Shown piece by piece: positions 52,005-63,400 of a DNA stretch of 64,000 nt; position 1 is the stretch's first letter; each line of letters begins with the position of its first letter. Both the position numbers and the translations under genes were made by a program. A model generated the notes under the pieces. That model worked only from the letters and a program-made list of their open reading frames with translations, searched no databases and had not been told where the DNA came from. This DNA is from Takakia lepidozioides (taxonomy: Eukaryota > Plantae > Bryophyta), in NCBI GenBank assembly GCA_030704615.1, contig CM060733.1:25110001-25174000 (forward strand), written 5' to 3'.

Positions 52005-55000
52005 CACGGCTGCAAAACTGTGAGCCTGCATTGTGAGCTAAGGAGCACATGAGTATGTCATGCTCATATTTCCATGTTATATGCACACAGCTAATGCCTC
52101 TCATTTCAATAATTGGGACCTTATGGCGCACGGGCGAGCTGACCGATGGGCCCCGCGCACATATGCCCGGCTCCCCCGCCCGCCACTGCGCGCGGTCGCC
52201 CAGCTGCTGCCGCGGCAGCCCCGCCCCCAGTCCGGCGTGGCCAGTCCGCCCGCCAGTCCGCTGCCCGTGAGTCAGTCCGCCAAACCGCCAGTTTGCTGTG
52301 CACGCCAGTCCGCTGTGCCAGTCCCCGCAAGTCCACCCAACAGTCCGTTGTGCCCCTCTGCTACCCCCCAATCTGCCAGTCTGCCAGTCTGCGTCGGCCG
52401 AAGGATCTGGATCGTCCATTCTGAGAAACCCATCCGCGCCATCCATGTTTAGGGCATGGAAGATCGTAACATCCTGCCACGAACTCGCCCAGTTCTTGTT
52501 GTCTCGTTCTTGTGGCTTTTTGTTGTCCAATGTTGCGGAGGTGACTTTGCACGCATGCGGCTGTTCTTCTTGTTCAGGGCGATTTTAATGACGATGAAGG
52601 GTGTGCCTGAACATGAGAGGGCTGGCAGGGCTCTACAGCCACCATTGTGCATATGCTTCCACTATTTTCGCCTTCGTTTTGTGCTGACGTGCTTATTTTT
52701 TAGGACGATATGTGGAAAAATTGCATGCATTTACGGTTTGTGGTGTGTGTCCAAGTCCGAGCTCCTTCGTATGGAGCAGGAAACCATTGGTAACACGATA
52801 GCAGAAATCGCGGAAGCATATGCACGTGGGGGCGTGTATACATTGCAGAATTTATGTCCACCGATGAGACTATTCAGGGGAGGACGTCTCTGCCACCACA
52901 TGTCTGGGAACTGCGGAGAGTGTGAACGGAACAAGATCCAGTCCGAAGGTCCTCAAACATCCAGATGCACCTCCTGAAACATCACATCTCAACCACTACC
53001 GTCTCCTTGAAAACTGGACAATGGGAAAGGAGACGTAGCCTGAGAGATGTGGATTCACGTTGCTTGTGGATGTTCGAGGTCCTTACGACTGCAAATGCGC
53101 GTGGATCAACAGGCTCTTCAACTGCGTCTTTGTCAGTACTTTCTCTAAGCAGTATGTTGTGCCATGAGTATGGGCATATGTAAGTCTGCTGGACGGATGA
53201 AATGCAACCACGGCATGACGGCGACGCCAAACGTGGTTCTGATGGGATATCAGTCTGGTCTGCTGGACTGTTGGTCTGTAGGGATACTGGCGCGAGTCTA
53301 TTCTTCACTGGACTACTGAGCCATCACTGCCTGCCAAATTCCGAAGTGTCTTCTCTCGTCTTATCCCCAAAGTCTCTTCTGTCGTCTTATCCCCAAAGTC
53401 TCTTTTCTCGTCAGTCTGTTGAACCGTCGGTCAGCTGGAAGTCCGTCTCTTTGGATAGGAATCCGTTTAACTACTACCTTTTAATTATCCGCATTACCGT
53501 GAGTCTGTTGAGCCGTCGGACTGCTAGTCTGTCCGTCTCTTCTAATATCAGTCAGCTGGACTGTCACAAAGTCAGTCTACTGTGGCGTAAGTCTGTTTGC
53601 GCTAGGTCTGTTGAGCCGTCATTATGATCACGTGTAAGTCTGCTGGACCTATTAATGCAACGACAGCAGGAAGGGGCGCCAGTGATCTCGCGCCGCGTCC
53701 CAACTCGGACAGAAAGTGCGGTTTACAGTTTACTCCCGTATCACCCGGCCGCCTAGGGATACTTTGTCTTTTGGGATATTAGTCTGTTAGAATTCAGTTT
53801 GTTGTCGCGCAAATTACTTTGCGCCAGTCCCTTTGTCAGTCTGTTGAACCTTCCGTCTGCTGGATTGTCCGTGCAGTGACATATGAGTCTGTTGTTGCGC
53901 AAGTTTGTTTGCAGTGGGTCTGTTCGGCCGTTATGTCATTAGGTTTAAATCTGCTGGGCGCAATAAATGCAGCGACGGCGGTAAGGAGACCCAGTCACAT
54001 TGCAGCACGTCATCAGACTCCACACCAGACTCTGCACTCGCCTTAGTCTCTTCGTCAGTCCGCTTAACCTCAGTCGTCAGTCTGTCATTGCGGTGGCATA
54101 TGAGTCTGTTGTCGAGGGTACTGGGTCTGCTCGACCGTCTTTGTCATCAGGAGTAGTCTGCTGGACTTAGTGAATGCAGCAACGATAGATTGACGATAGT
54201 CCCACTCATCCCGTCTGCTGGACTGTCCGTGCAGTGGCATACCGCCAGCACGTGTGAGGGGTCTGCAACTATTTAATGCGATGGCGGCCAAAAAGGGGCG
54301 CCAGTGAAATCTCGCCACATCACTCCGCGCATGCAAGGTTATACCTGTTCTCCACTTCCCGCTGGACTTCTTTCGCACTGTTTTGTTTAGGGCCCGTCCA
54401 CCTCTCATTTGTGCGAGCCCGCTTTCCTTTGTGCGTGTTAGCTTTTCGAGGCGCGGATAGTCGCGTGAGCACCGAATCGTCGCAACAACCGTCGCCTCCG
54501 CATGAACACGCCCGGTGAGCTTTCCTCTTTGTGCTTTGTGCTTTGGTTTCTTTCCATTCTTTTTTCCGCTCTTCACTGCTTTCTTATTCTTAGTCTGTCT
54601 GTCTGTCGCTCATTGCCGCTCATCTCTTGTCTAATTCTGCAGCCATGGATGATGCTTGTGCAAAGGGTGGAGCGGTTTGGTTGCATTTCATGCACAAGTC
54701 CAGGCTAAAGGAGCGAAGGTACTGGTACTCACCTGAGGAGTATGATGCAAAAATAGTCGAAGCATTCTTAGACCTCCGCGCAATCAAGCCTGCAGACTCC
54801 AACTAGCAGAAGGATAAGCTCCACTGTCCCTTCTGTACATAGTGAAATTATCGAGGACAAAGTGCAGCTAAACCGCCATTGTGTTGACACGGGTTGCAAA
54901 AACAAGCGCTATATCCCACCTGGCTTCAAGTCGTGGCTAGTTCAAAGTTCAATGAGGGTGGTGAATGCGGTCACTGCCAGACTCCGTGGCACAAACCCAA

Positions 55001-55750
55001 AGGCCCGCACTTTGGCGGAGGTGCGCACACGGTCTGGGGTGGGTTCTACTGTTTCAATGCAAGATGTGCATGACCTGACATCGCCATCGCCTGTGGCTCC
55101 CAGAAAAAAGAAACTTAGTGATGGGGCCCAGAAGAAGGAAAGAGAAAAGGCTGCAAGGTCTGCTCGGGAGGCGAGGGCAAAATCTCAATAGCAGACTCGT
55201 CCCCAAGGCAGTCGGGAAGTGTCACAGGCTATGCCAGGGAGACAGTCTACGTAGCAGACGCAGACCATCAGTACTTCGAGTAAGAGCCAGTCTGTTGAGC
55301 CGTCTGCAGACATCATTCGGAATGATGAATTCGCAGGTCTGGGAGGTGTCTCTTCTCCCGTCGACATTGTCTTGCCTGACCAGTCGAGGGTTCACGTGGA
55401 CGAAGTCCAGTCGAAAAAGACTACCAGTGGAGTCTATCCTGGCACATTGTGCCTGATACCATTTGGGCTTCTCCCATTGGTGTGCCCACCAGTGGACGAT
55501 CCAGACTTCTTCCGTTTTTTCTACAGTTTCGCCCAGTCCGGGAATTACTGAAGAGTACTTTGATCGCATTGCTAATTCTTTCCTTCACCATCGATGGATG
55601 CAATTCGGCAATTTCCGTTCATACAGTAAATTGGTAAAGGACTGTTAGAGGACTGTAGGGGACTTAGACACTTATACGGGATCTGTAGGGTACCCTTAAT
55701 TTTTGCACAGACTGAGACCAACAGGAGCCTTAGGGATGACAGCAGCGCAC
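52005..55750 (+). mobile_element. Putative decayed DNA transposon (CMC/CACTA- or Plavaka-like), left arm plus 5' part of its ORF
   Basis: Abrupt start at CACGGCTGCAAAA, dense subterminal CAGTC(C/T)G and ~100-bp degenerate repeats, then a disrupted ORF from ATG 54645 that is cut at ~55750. The other terminus is not in the window. Confidence 0.4.
54645..55750 (+). pseudogene. Disrupted ORF with zinc-finger-like CPFC...RHC..C segment (putative transposase N-terminus)
   Basis: The ATG is preceded by a GT-AG 5'UTR intron (54515-54642) with a long pyrimidine tract. The long frame is broken by TAG stops in CAG-rich context (55189, 55251) and single-base shifts. It ends DFFRFFYSFAQS/GITEEYFDRIANSFLHHRWMQFGNFRSYSKLVK. 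Confidence 0.5.
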
Positions 55751-55769
55751 TGTAGAGGGGGGTTACATA

Positions 55770-56045
55770 GCCCACACAGCCGACACAGCAGTCACAGCCC
55801 ACACAGCCGACACAGCAGTCACAGGCCACACAGCCAACACAGCCCGTCACAGTCGTCACAGCCCACACAGCCGTCACAGTCGTCACAGCCCGTCACAGTC
55901 CACAGACACACACAGCCCACACAGCCCACACAGCCCACACAGCCCACACAGCCCACACAGCCCACACAGCCCACACAGCCGTCACAGCCACACAGCCACA
56001 CAGCCAGTCACAGCACAGCAGCCAGTCACCGCTTGACACAGCTGT
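55770..56045. repeat. CACACAGCC-type 9-bp minisatellite array
   Basis: Perfect (cacacagcc)n core at ~55909-55980 with degenerate CACAGC variants on both sides. Confidence 0.9.
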
Positions 56046-56571
56046 CACGATAATAGGGAACGAAGAGTAGGACAGGGAACGACTGTGGGGAACAACACCT
56101 GTGAAGGGAACATGTTAGTTCACATACGACGGTTAGAGAGGGAAACGGTTAGAACCGCGGATAGGAGGATAAAGGGAGAAACGGGGAATGAAGAGGGATC
56201 ATCATTATTCGGAGGGGGACTTCGGAGTCAGGCAGGAGCGGAGATCGGAGGCAAGAGATGGAGAGCACGATGAAGGAGGAAAGAGGATTAGTAGATGCTT
56301 GTTATATGCAAAGCTGTAGTGATATTGGAGAGCAGATTAGAGACATAATGGCTTCGGCCTGATACCTGATAAATCATAATCTGATACTTATACGATACAA
56401 TCACACTGTGTAGAGAGATCTGAGTGAAGCTGTGGATTGAATGGATGAGTGAAGGAAACCGATAGATTGATGAAGCAAACTGATACTTAATTATCAATGG
56501 TAAGGTAGCTAAGATGAATGCGAAAAGGGAAACAAATAGGAAACACCCCCATGATACACTAGCTGTAGGTC

Positions 56572-57267
56572 ATGACTGATTGTTCTGCGCGGGCTGAGTA
56601 CTTAGAGATTTCCAACTCTTCTATCTTGGAGTTTCCGCCTCGGATAGCGAAGGGATGGGTGAGTAAAAGCCGCGCGACATTTGGCGACCATACTGGGGAC
56701 CTGGGACATGAACAACCAGATGTGACAGGCATCTGGTGGGATCATGGTGGTTGGACCATTAAAGAATTTGAAGTGAATCAAATTCCCTGTGGAACGAAGG
56801 AAGAAAGATTGTCCAAACAATTCTTTCAAAGGTTCTTGGAATTGCCAGACGGATGTAAAGAAAATATTCTTAAACGAGTGCATGATGCTGATCCAGAATG
56901 GGGTCTGGAGAAAGGAGTGATAAAGATTTATCAGGTAGCCTGTAGAGGAAGAGCACGTTGGTTACCAACATTAGTTTATGTGATAGCGTTGCTATCCATT
57001 AAACGAGTAGAGTTTGAAGGCTGGGAAGAAAGAAAGGTGAATGTTTATACTCATATGCATGAAGAGCTTGTACTGGTAAAGAATTGGATTCCAAAGGATA
57101 TTTTGTGGATCAAACTCACACCAAGAACAGCTTTTCAGACTTGTTTGCCATATGGTTATATGGTAACGGAGACTTCAAGTATAGCCAAGGGTGCATTGAA
57201 GCTTGAAAGAAACCCAGGCATATACGAGAGATATTACAGAAGAGAGTTTTGGTTATTGCCACATTAA
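56572..57267 (+). CDS. Accessory ORF (231 aa) upstream of gag, unknown function, F-box-like motif
   Basis: Uninterrupted ATG-TAA ORF with the same purine-rich composition as gag-pol; motif FQRFLELPDGCKENILKRV. Confidence 0.65.
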   Translation: MTDCSARAEYLEISNSSILEFPPRIAKGWVSKSRATFGDHTGDLGHEQPDVTGIWWDHGGWTIKEFEVNQIPCGTKEERLSKQFFQRFLELPDGCKENILKRVHDADPEWGLEKGVIKIYQVACRGRARWLPTLVYVIALLSIKRVEFEGWEERKVNVYTHMHEELVLVKNWIPKDILWIKLTPRTAFQTCLPYGYMVTETSSIAKGALKLERNPGIYERYYRREFWLLPH

Positions 57268-57288
57268 AAGAAATGAAAGACATGGGAC

Positions 57289-59584
57289 ATGAGTGATGAA
57301 AGAGAAGCTAGACGACAAAGATATTCATCAAAAAGAGAAAGCTATCTGAAAGCTAATTATCCATATCTTTGGGAGAGAGGAATAGACATAGGGGAATCAT
57401 CTGGACCTCTCACACCATCAAGATCAAAAAGTGCATCACCTATACCGGAAGAACTAGAGTTGGATGCCACTCCTTCTGTTTCTTTGCAAGAAAGATTAAG
57501 GGAATTGGTACAGGAAGAAGATCAATCACGAGGTGAAAGATCTGAGGTACATCCTTGGATAAAAGACTTGACAGAAATCTTTGATAAGAGTTGGCATGGA
57601 ACACCAAAAGCAGGAACTCCAGTTTCTGAAGCAGAAGATGAAGAAGGAGAAGAGGATGTGGCAGAGCCAACGGAGAGTTCAGACTCTCCAACACCATTAC
57701 AGTTGAGTTACATGAGTGAAGAAGAAACCCAAGGGCAGAACTTGGAGGATGAAAACAGAGAGAAGAAATTGAAGAGGAAGAATATGAAGAAGTAGACCCA
57801 ACAGCTGAGGTTGAGACTACAACCAGGACATCCCAACCCGTTGGACCTGGATCAAGTGGAGCACTTGGATCACAGGCCAACGAAGGTGTCGGCTCAGGGG
57901 GATCAGGCGGGCTGCCTGGATCTGGCTCTGGGGGACAGGGAGTGTGGGAAGTAGTGCAACTGAAGCTGGGAATACTGTGAATATCGTGGGGCCAGAAGCA
58001 AGGAGTGCTCAAGGGCCACCACTTGGTGGAAGATCCACCACAAAAACAACAGGTCCAGAAGGACCAGCACCAGCAAGGGTGCCAGCACCTGTCAGTGGGC
58101 AGAAGGTAGGGCCACAGATGGCGTTACAACCAACACGGGCAAAACCACCCTTTCCAATATATTCAGGAAAAGGGGATCCCGATGTACACATTAGCCAATT
58201 TGAGCACATGTGTATAGTGAACAATGAGAATGGCGATGATGCCAAGATGAGACTGTTTCCTTGTTCACTTATCAAGAAAGCAAGTGAATGGTATGCAAGA
58301 TTCCCTGATAATCATTTCCTAACCTGGAATGGCTTGAATACAGCATTTCGAAATAGGTTCAGGACAAGTAAAACTGAGGATGAAGTGTATGGAAGTTTAC
58401 AACAGCTGAAGCAGAAGAAGCATGAAACTGTTGAAGAGTATATGGAGAAGATGGAATTGATGATGAAAAAGCTGGCTGCAGTACCAGCGCCCGGTTTACA
58501 GAAGACTTGGTTTGTGAGTGGATTAAGACCAGAGTTGCAAAAGAAAGTGGATATGTTACCCCATAATACAGTGGAGGAGGCATTTGAAACTGCGAACAGA
58601 ATTGAGCAATTGGGAATGCTCAGGAGAGAGAAAAAAGAAGATGAGGACTCTGAGGATGAGTCAGATGAAGAAGAAGAGCAAGAACTAAAAAGAAAGAGTA
58701 AGAGAAAGGAGAAGTTGAAGAGGGATAACTATGAAAAAAAATTGGAAGAAATCTTGAAGAAGTATGCCACAGAGGCTGCAACACATTGGAGGAAGGGTGT
58801 ATGGTGTGCAAAGTGCCAGAATGAAGGCCATACCACCACAGAATGCCACATGAAGGAGAAACACTGTACTATCTGTAAAATGGATAACCATTCTACTGAG
58901 AATTGTTACTACAACAGAAGGACAGCTGCAAGAGAACCTAGGCAAGTAAGGGTGCATCAGGTGCAGCCCCAGCCAAGAAGAAATAATGATCAGGACCACT
59001 ATGGTAGGTCTGGTGGTTATAACAATGGCATGGAAGGGAGAGGTAATTCAAGAGGGAATTACCAAGGAAATTCCAGAGGCAACTATCAGGGTAATCCAAG
59101 GGGGAATTACCAGCCCGGGAATCAGGATTATAGAAATAATCCAAGAACAGACCAAGGGCGAGGACCCAATGGTGAAGAGCTATGTTACTATTGTAATCAG
59201 CCAGGACATCGCAAGGCAGCCTGTTCATTCTGGATAAGACACCAGAATGAGATGAGAGCTCCTGTGAATGAGGGCCCAGTGGTGGCAGCTCACATGGTTA
59301 GGCCATGTGTTGTACCAGAAGTAAGTACAATGATAGTAACAAGAAGTAAAGCCAAACTAATACCTCCAGTAGAAGAGGAAGAAGATGAGAATGGAAGTGG
59401 CAATGATATGCCTGAAGATGAAGAGACTTGGAAAGATGAGAAGGAACTGCACAAGGAAGTGGCAGATACTATAAGGGAAATGCAAAAGAGTACTGATATT
59501 CCTGTGGCAGATTCCTCTGATTCGGATGGAGAAAAAGAAGGGAGTGAGGAAGAAAGGAAAAAAAGATGCAGACATGCAAAGTAA
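57289..59584 (+). CDS. Gag polyprotein (acidic N-terminal extension with two frameshifts; capsid; three CCHC knuckles)
   Basis: 57289-57795 joins 57944-59584 through an intermediate frame. Capsid motifs YSGKGDPDVHISQF, RLFPCSL.KKASEWY, LKQKKHETVEEY, FVSGLRPEL; three CX2CX4HX4C motifs. Confidence 0.85.
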
Positions 59585-60425
59585 TGAAGAGACTTTGGCT
59601 GCAGTAATATGTCAGACCAAAGCAGAAATTACCATTGGACAGCTATTAGCTGTGGCACCTTATTGTAGGCACAGGCTGTATCAGGCAATCAATCGAATTG
59701 CCCAAGAGACAGGAAACACAGACCTGAACAGCAAGGTGACCAGTTATAATGTGAAGCCGGAAGGGCGAGAACCAGTCATGGACTTTGATGATTCTATGCC
59801 AGTAATCCAATTGAGAATTGGAAGCACAGAACTAACTGATGTACTGATAGATGGTGGTTCTGGAGTAAATATCATGACAGACCAATTAAGGAAGAAGCTT
59901 GGTCTAAGTAACATGAAACCAGCCCCATTTACAGTAACAATGGCAGATCAAAGAAGTGTACAGCCATTGGGATTAATAAGAGGAGTTAAGATACAGATAC
60001 AGAAAATGATCTTTATGATCACAGTAACTGTATTAAAAATGGATGAAGTCATGGAGGCTTACTCCTTATTATTGGGACGTCCGTGGCTGAAACAGGCCAG
60101 GGTATTCCATGACTGGAATTCTCAGTTACTAACTGTGCATAATGGGATGCACGAGATACAAATTACCACAAAGAAATCTAGTAGATTACCTGCTACAAGA
60201 AGACCTCGAGGAGTCAGAGAGTATGACTGGAGAGGAGGACTGGATGAGGAGCAGGAAGCTACCCTATTTGCTGCACACCCAGAATGGGAGCAGGTTGCGG
60301 AGATGCGGCTGGAAAGCCTAAGTTGTTTAAGAGGTATCTGCTGTGGTGTAGTGTCGCAACACCAATTGAAGAGGAAACCAGCAGTTACCCACCACATTTC
60401 TATGAAGAAAAGGAGGGAGAGATAG
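59526..60425 (+). CDS. Aspartic protease region of pol
   Basis: VLIDGGSGVNIM active-site motif, VTMADQRSVQPLG, YSLLLGRPWL. Confidence 0.9.
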   Translation: MEKKKGVRKKGKKDADMQSNEETLAAVICQTKAEITIGQLLAVAPYCRHRLYQAINRIAQETGNTDLNSKVTSYNVKPEGREPVMDFDDSMPVIQLRIGSTELTDVLIDGGSGVNIMTDQLRKKLGLSNMKPAPFTVTMADQRSVQPLGLIRGVKIQIQKMIFMITVTVLKMDEVMEAYSLLLGRPWLKQARVFHDWNSQLLTVHNGMHEIQITTKKSSRLPATRRPRGVREYDWRGGLDEEQEATLFAAHPEWEQVAEMRLESLSCLRGICCGVVSQHQLKRKPAVTHHISMKKRRER

Positions 60426-63400
60426 AAATCCTAGAAGAACCAGCCACTGTGAGCTTAAAGGATGAAGTGGTGACTGGTTGGACAATCACAGCTGATGAGC
60501 AGGTGAGAGAAGTAAATGTGGGAACTCAGGAGGAACCGAGAATGGTGAAAGTAGGAGCTGATTTGGAGCCGGAATTCTTCGAAGAAGCTAAAAGCTTGTT
60601 CATCAAATACAGAGATGTATTTGCTTGGAGCTATGAGGATCTAAAAGGGATACCACCTGAAGTCTGTCAGCATAAGATTGAACTGGAACCAGGGTCAGTA
60701 CCAATCAAGCAGGCGAGGTATAGAATGAATCCCAACTACGCACAGAAGGTTGGAGAAGAGATAAAGAAGTTGGCTGAGGCTAAGTTTATATACCCAATAG
60801 AGTATACAACTTGGTTGTCACCCATTGTTATAGTTCCAAAGAAGAATGGCAAACTAAGAGTATGTGTGAACTATAAGAAGCTGAATGCTTGTACGAAGAA
60901 AGATCCTTTCCCTTTGCCATTCACAGAAGCAGTATTAGACACTGTGGCAGGCCATGAGATGTACTCATTCATGGATGGCTTCAGTGGTTATAATCAAGTG
61001 CAAGTGGCAGAAGAAGACCAAGGGAAAACAGCTTTCATCACAGACTGGGGGGCTTATGCATACAAAGTCATGCCCTTTGGACTTTGTAATGCACCAGCGA
61101 CCTTTCAGAGAGTGATAAGTGAATCTTTTCATGAGTATCTGGATGATTTCATGCAGGTGTTTTTGGATGATTTCAGTGTGTACAGCTCTAAGAATGAGCA
61201 CTTGCATAAATTGGAGTTATGCCTGGCCAGATGCAGGATGAGAGGTCTGGGCTTGAATCCAGAGAAGTGTACTTTCTGTGTGAACTCAGGGGTGCTTCTG
61301 GGACACATTGTGTGTAAGAAGGGACTTCTTGTGGATCCCAGGAAGACAGAGTCCATTAAAGTCTCTCCACCACCAGTGAATGTTAAGAGTTTAAGGAGAT
61401 TCCTTGGGCAAACCAGTTATTACAGAAGATTTGTCAAAAGGTATGCACAAATAGCAGCACCATTGAGCAAGCTTCTGAAGAAAGATGCAGTGTTTGCCTG
61501 GACAGCTGAATGTCAACAGGCGTTTGAGGAACTTACACTGTCAGTAACAACTACACCTGTGCTGATTAACCCTCACTGGCATGTAGTATTTCATGTTCAC
61601 TGCGATGCATCAGGAGAAGCGTTGGGTGCGGTGTTAGCCCAGAATGTTACAGGAAATATAGATTCACCTGTGTACTATGCTAGCCGGTTGATGAACAGTG
61701 CTGAGAGGAACTATAGTACAACGGAAAGAGAAGCATTGGCAATGATTTATGCAGTCAAGAAATTCAGGCATTACCTATTGGGAAGAAAGTTTATGTTTTA
61801 TGTGGATCACCAGGCTCTGATATATCTGGTGAACAAACCTTTGATAAGTGGAAGGATAGCGAGGTGGTTAATAATCTTGCATGAGTTTGAGTTCGAGGTT
61901 ATTTACAAGCCTGGCCGTTTGCATCTTGTGGCAGATCATTTGTCACGACTAACAACAGGAGAGGCCGCCACAGGAGTGGACGATCAGTTACCTGATGCGA
62001 GTTTATTTGTAATGGAGGTGCAAGGAAGTGCAGATGAATGGTTAGATTGGCAGTGGCCAATCAGATACTACCTTGCTCATGGTCAGTGCCCACCTAGTTA
62101 TGGTAAGGAGCAGAGGAAGAGAATTGCTATCAAAGCTTTACCTTATACTATGGTAGGAAGCAGAATGTATAAGTTAGGACCTGATGGAGTACTAAAACGA
62201 TGCTTGTACCACCATGAAGTAAATAAAGTCTTGGAGGAAGTTCATAAAGGAGTGGCTGGAGGTCATTTTGGAGAAGAGACTACCAGTAGAAAGATACTAC
62301 TCGCAGGATACTGGTGGCCTACTTTGTTCAAAGATGTACATGAGTATTGTCAGAAGTGTGATGAATGTCAGAGGCTAGGACCTTTGCAGAGATCTGGAAG
62401 AATGGCCTTGCATCCTACAATGCCTACGGAACCATTTCAGAAATGGGGACTAGACTTTGTTGGACCAATTAATCCACCATCCAAGAATACACGAAACAGG
62501 TACATAATTACAGCCACTGATTATACTACAAAGTGGGTGGAAGCTAAAGCTTTGAGGGACAACACAGCCAAGTCCACAGCAAGGTTCCTGTACGAGAACA
62601 TACTTACACGATTTGGATGTCCCTTAGAATTTATCAGTGATCAAGGAAGTCACTTCATGAATGAGACCATTGAGTTGTTGACTAAAGAGTTTATGATTGT
62701 GCATAGAAAGAGTACAACATATTACCCACAGGGTAATGGGCAGGCAGAGGCTACCAACAAAATACTATGTACTATCTTGGCTAAGATAGTCAATGCAAAC
62801 AGAACGGATTGGGATACAAAGCTGCTGACAGCTTTGTGGTCATACAGGACTTCATATAAAGTCACCACTAAGTATACACCATTCCAATTAGTTTATGGTA
62901 TGGAAGCCTTACTTCCAGTGGAATTCCTGTTACCTACCATGAGAACGGAGTGGGGAAAAAGAATGGAATTGCAAGACTCCATCAAGGTCAGGAAACATGA
63001 ATTATACCATGTGGAAGAAGTACGTGCTGATGCAGCTGATAATATGACCAGAATTCAGATGAAGCGAAAGGAACAGTTTGATGAAGGCAAGTTAAAGACT
63101 TTTAAGACGGGGGATTTGGTTCTATGGTTGCAGAAGAAAGGAAAGATTCAAGCTTCTAAGCTTAAATCACCGTGGAAAGGACCTTATGTCATACAAAAGA
63201 TGTATGATAACAACACCGCCATGTTACAAACCATTAACAAAGAAATGCTGGGAAGAGTCAATGCAAATAAGTTGAAGGGGTACAGTGGTATCCATGACAA
63301 ACCCCTGCAGCATGATTTGCATGTTGAACCGCAAGAGCAGTCACGGGCTGCACCAGTGTTACGAACGGAGTATGGAACACTTGTCGCTAGGCCCAGCATA

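Noticed and set aside
53180-54200. Repeat-spacer pattern superficially like a CRISPR array
   Set aside because: Repeats are degenerate, spacing is irregular (100-450 bp), the context is eukaryotic and there are no cas genes.
55572-56053. Cys-rich metallothionein-like (GCV)n ORFs and the (TQP)n ORF
   Set aside because: Translation artefacts of the 9-bp minisatellite.
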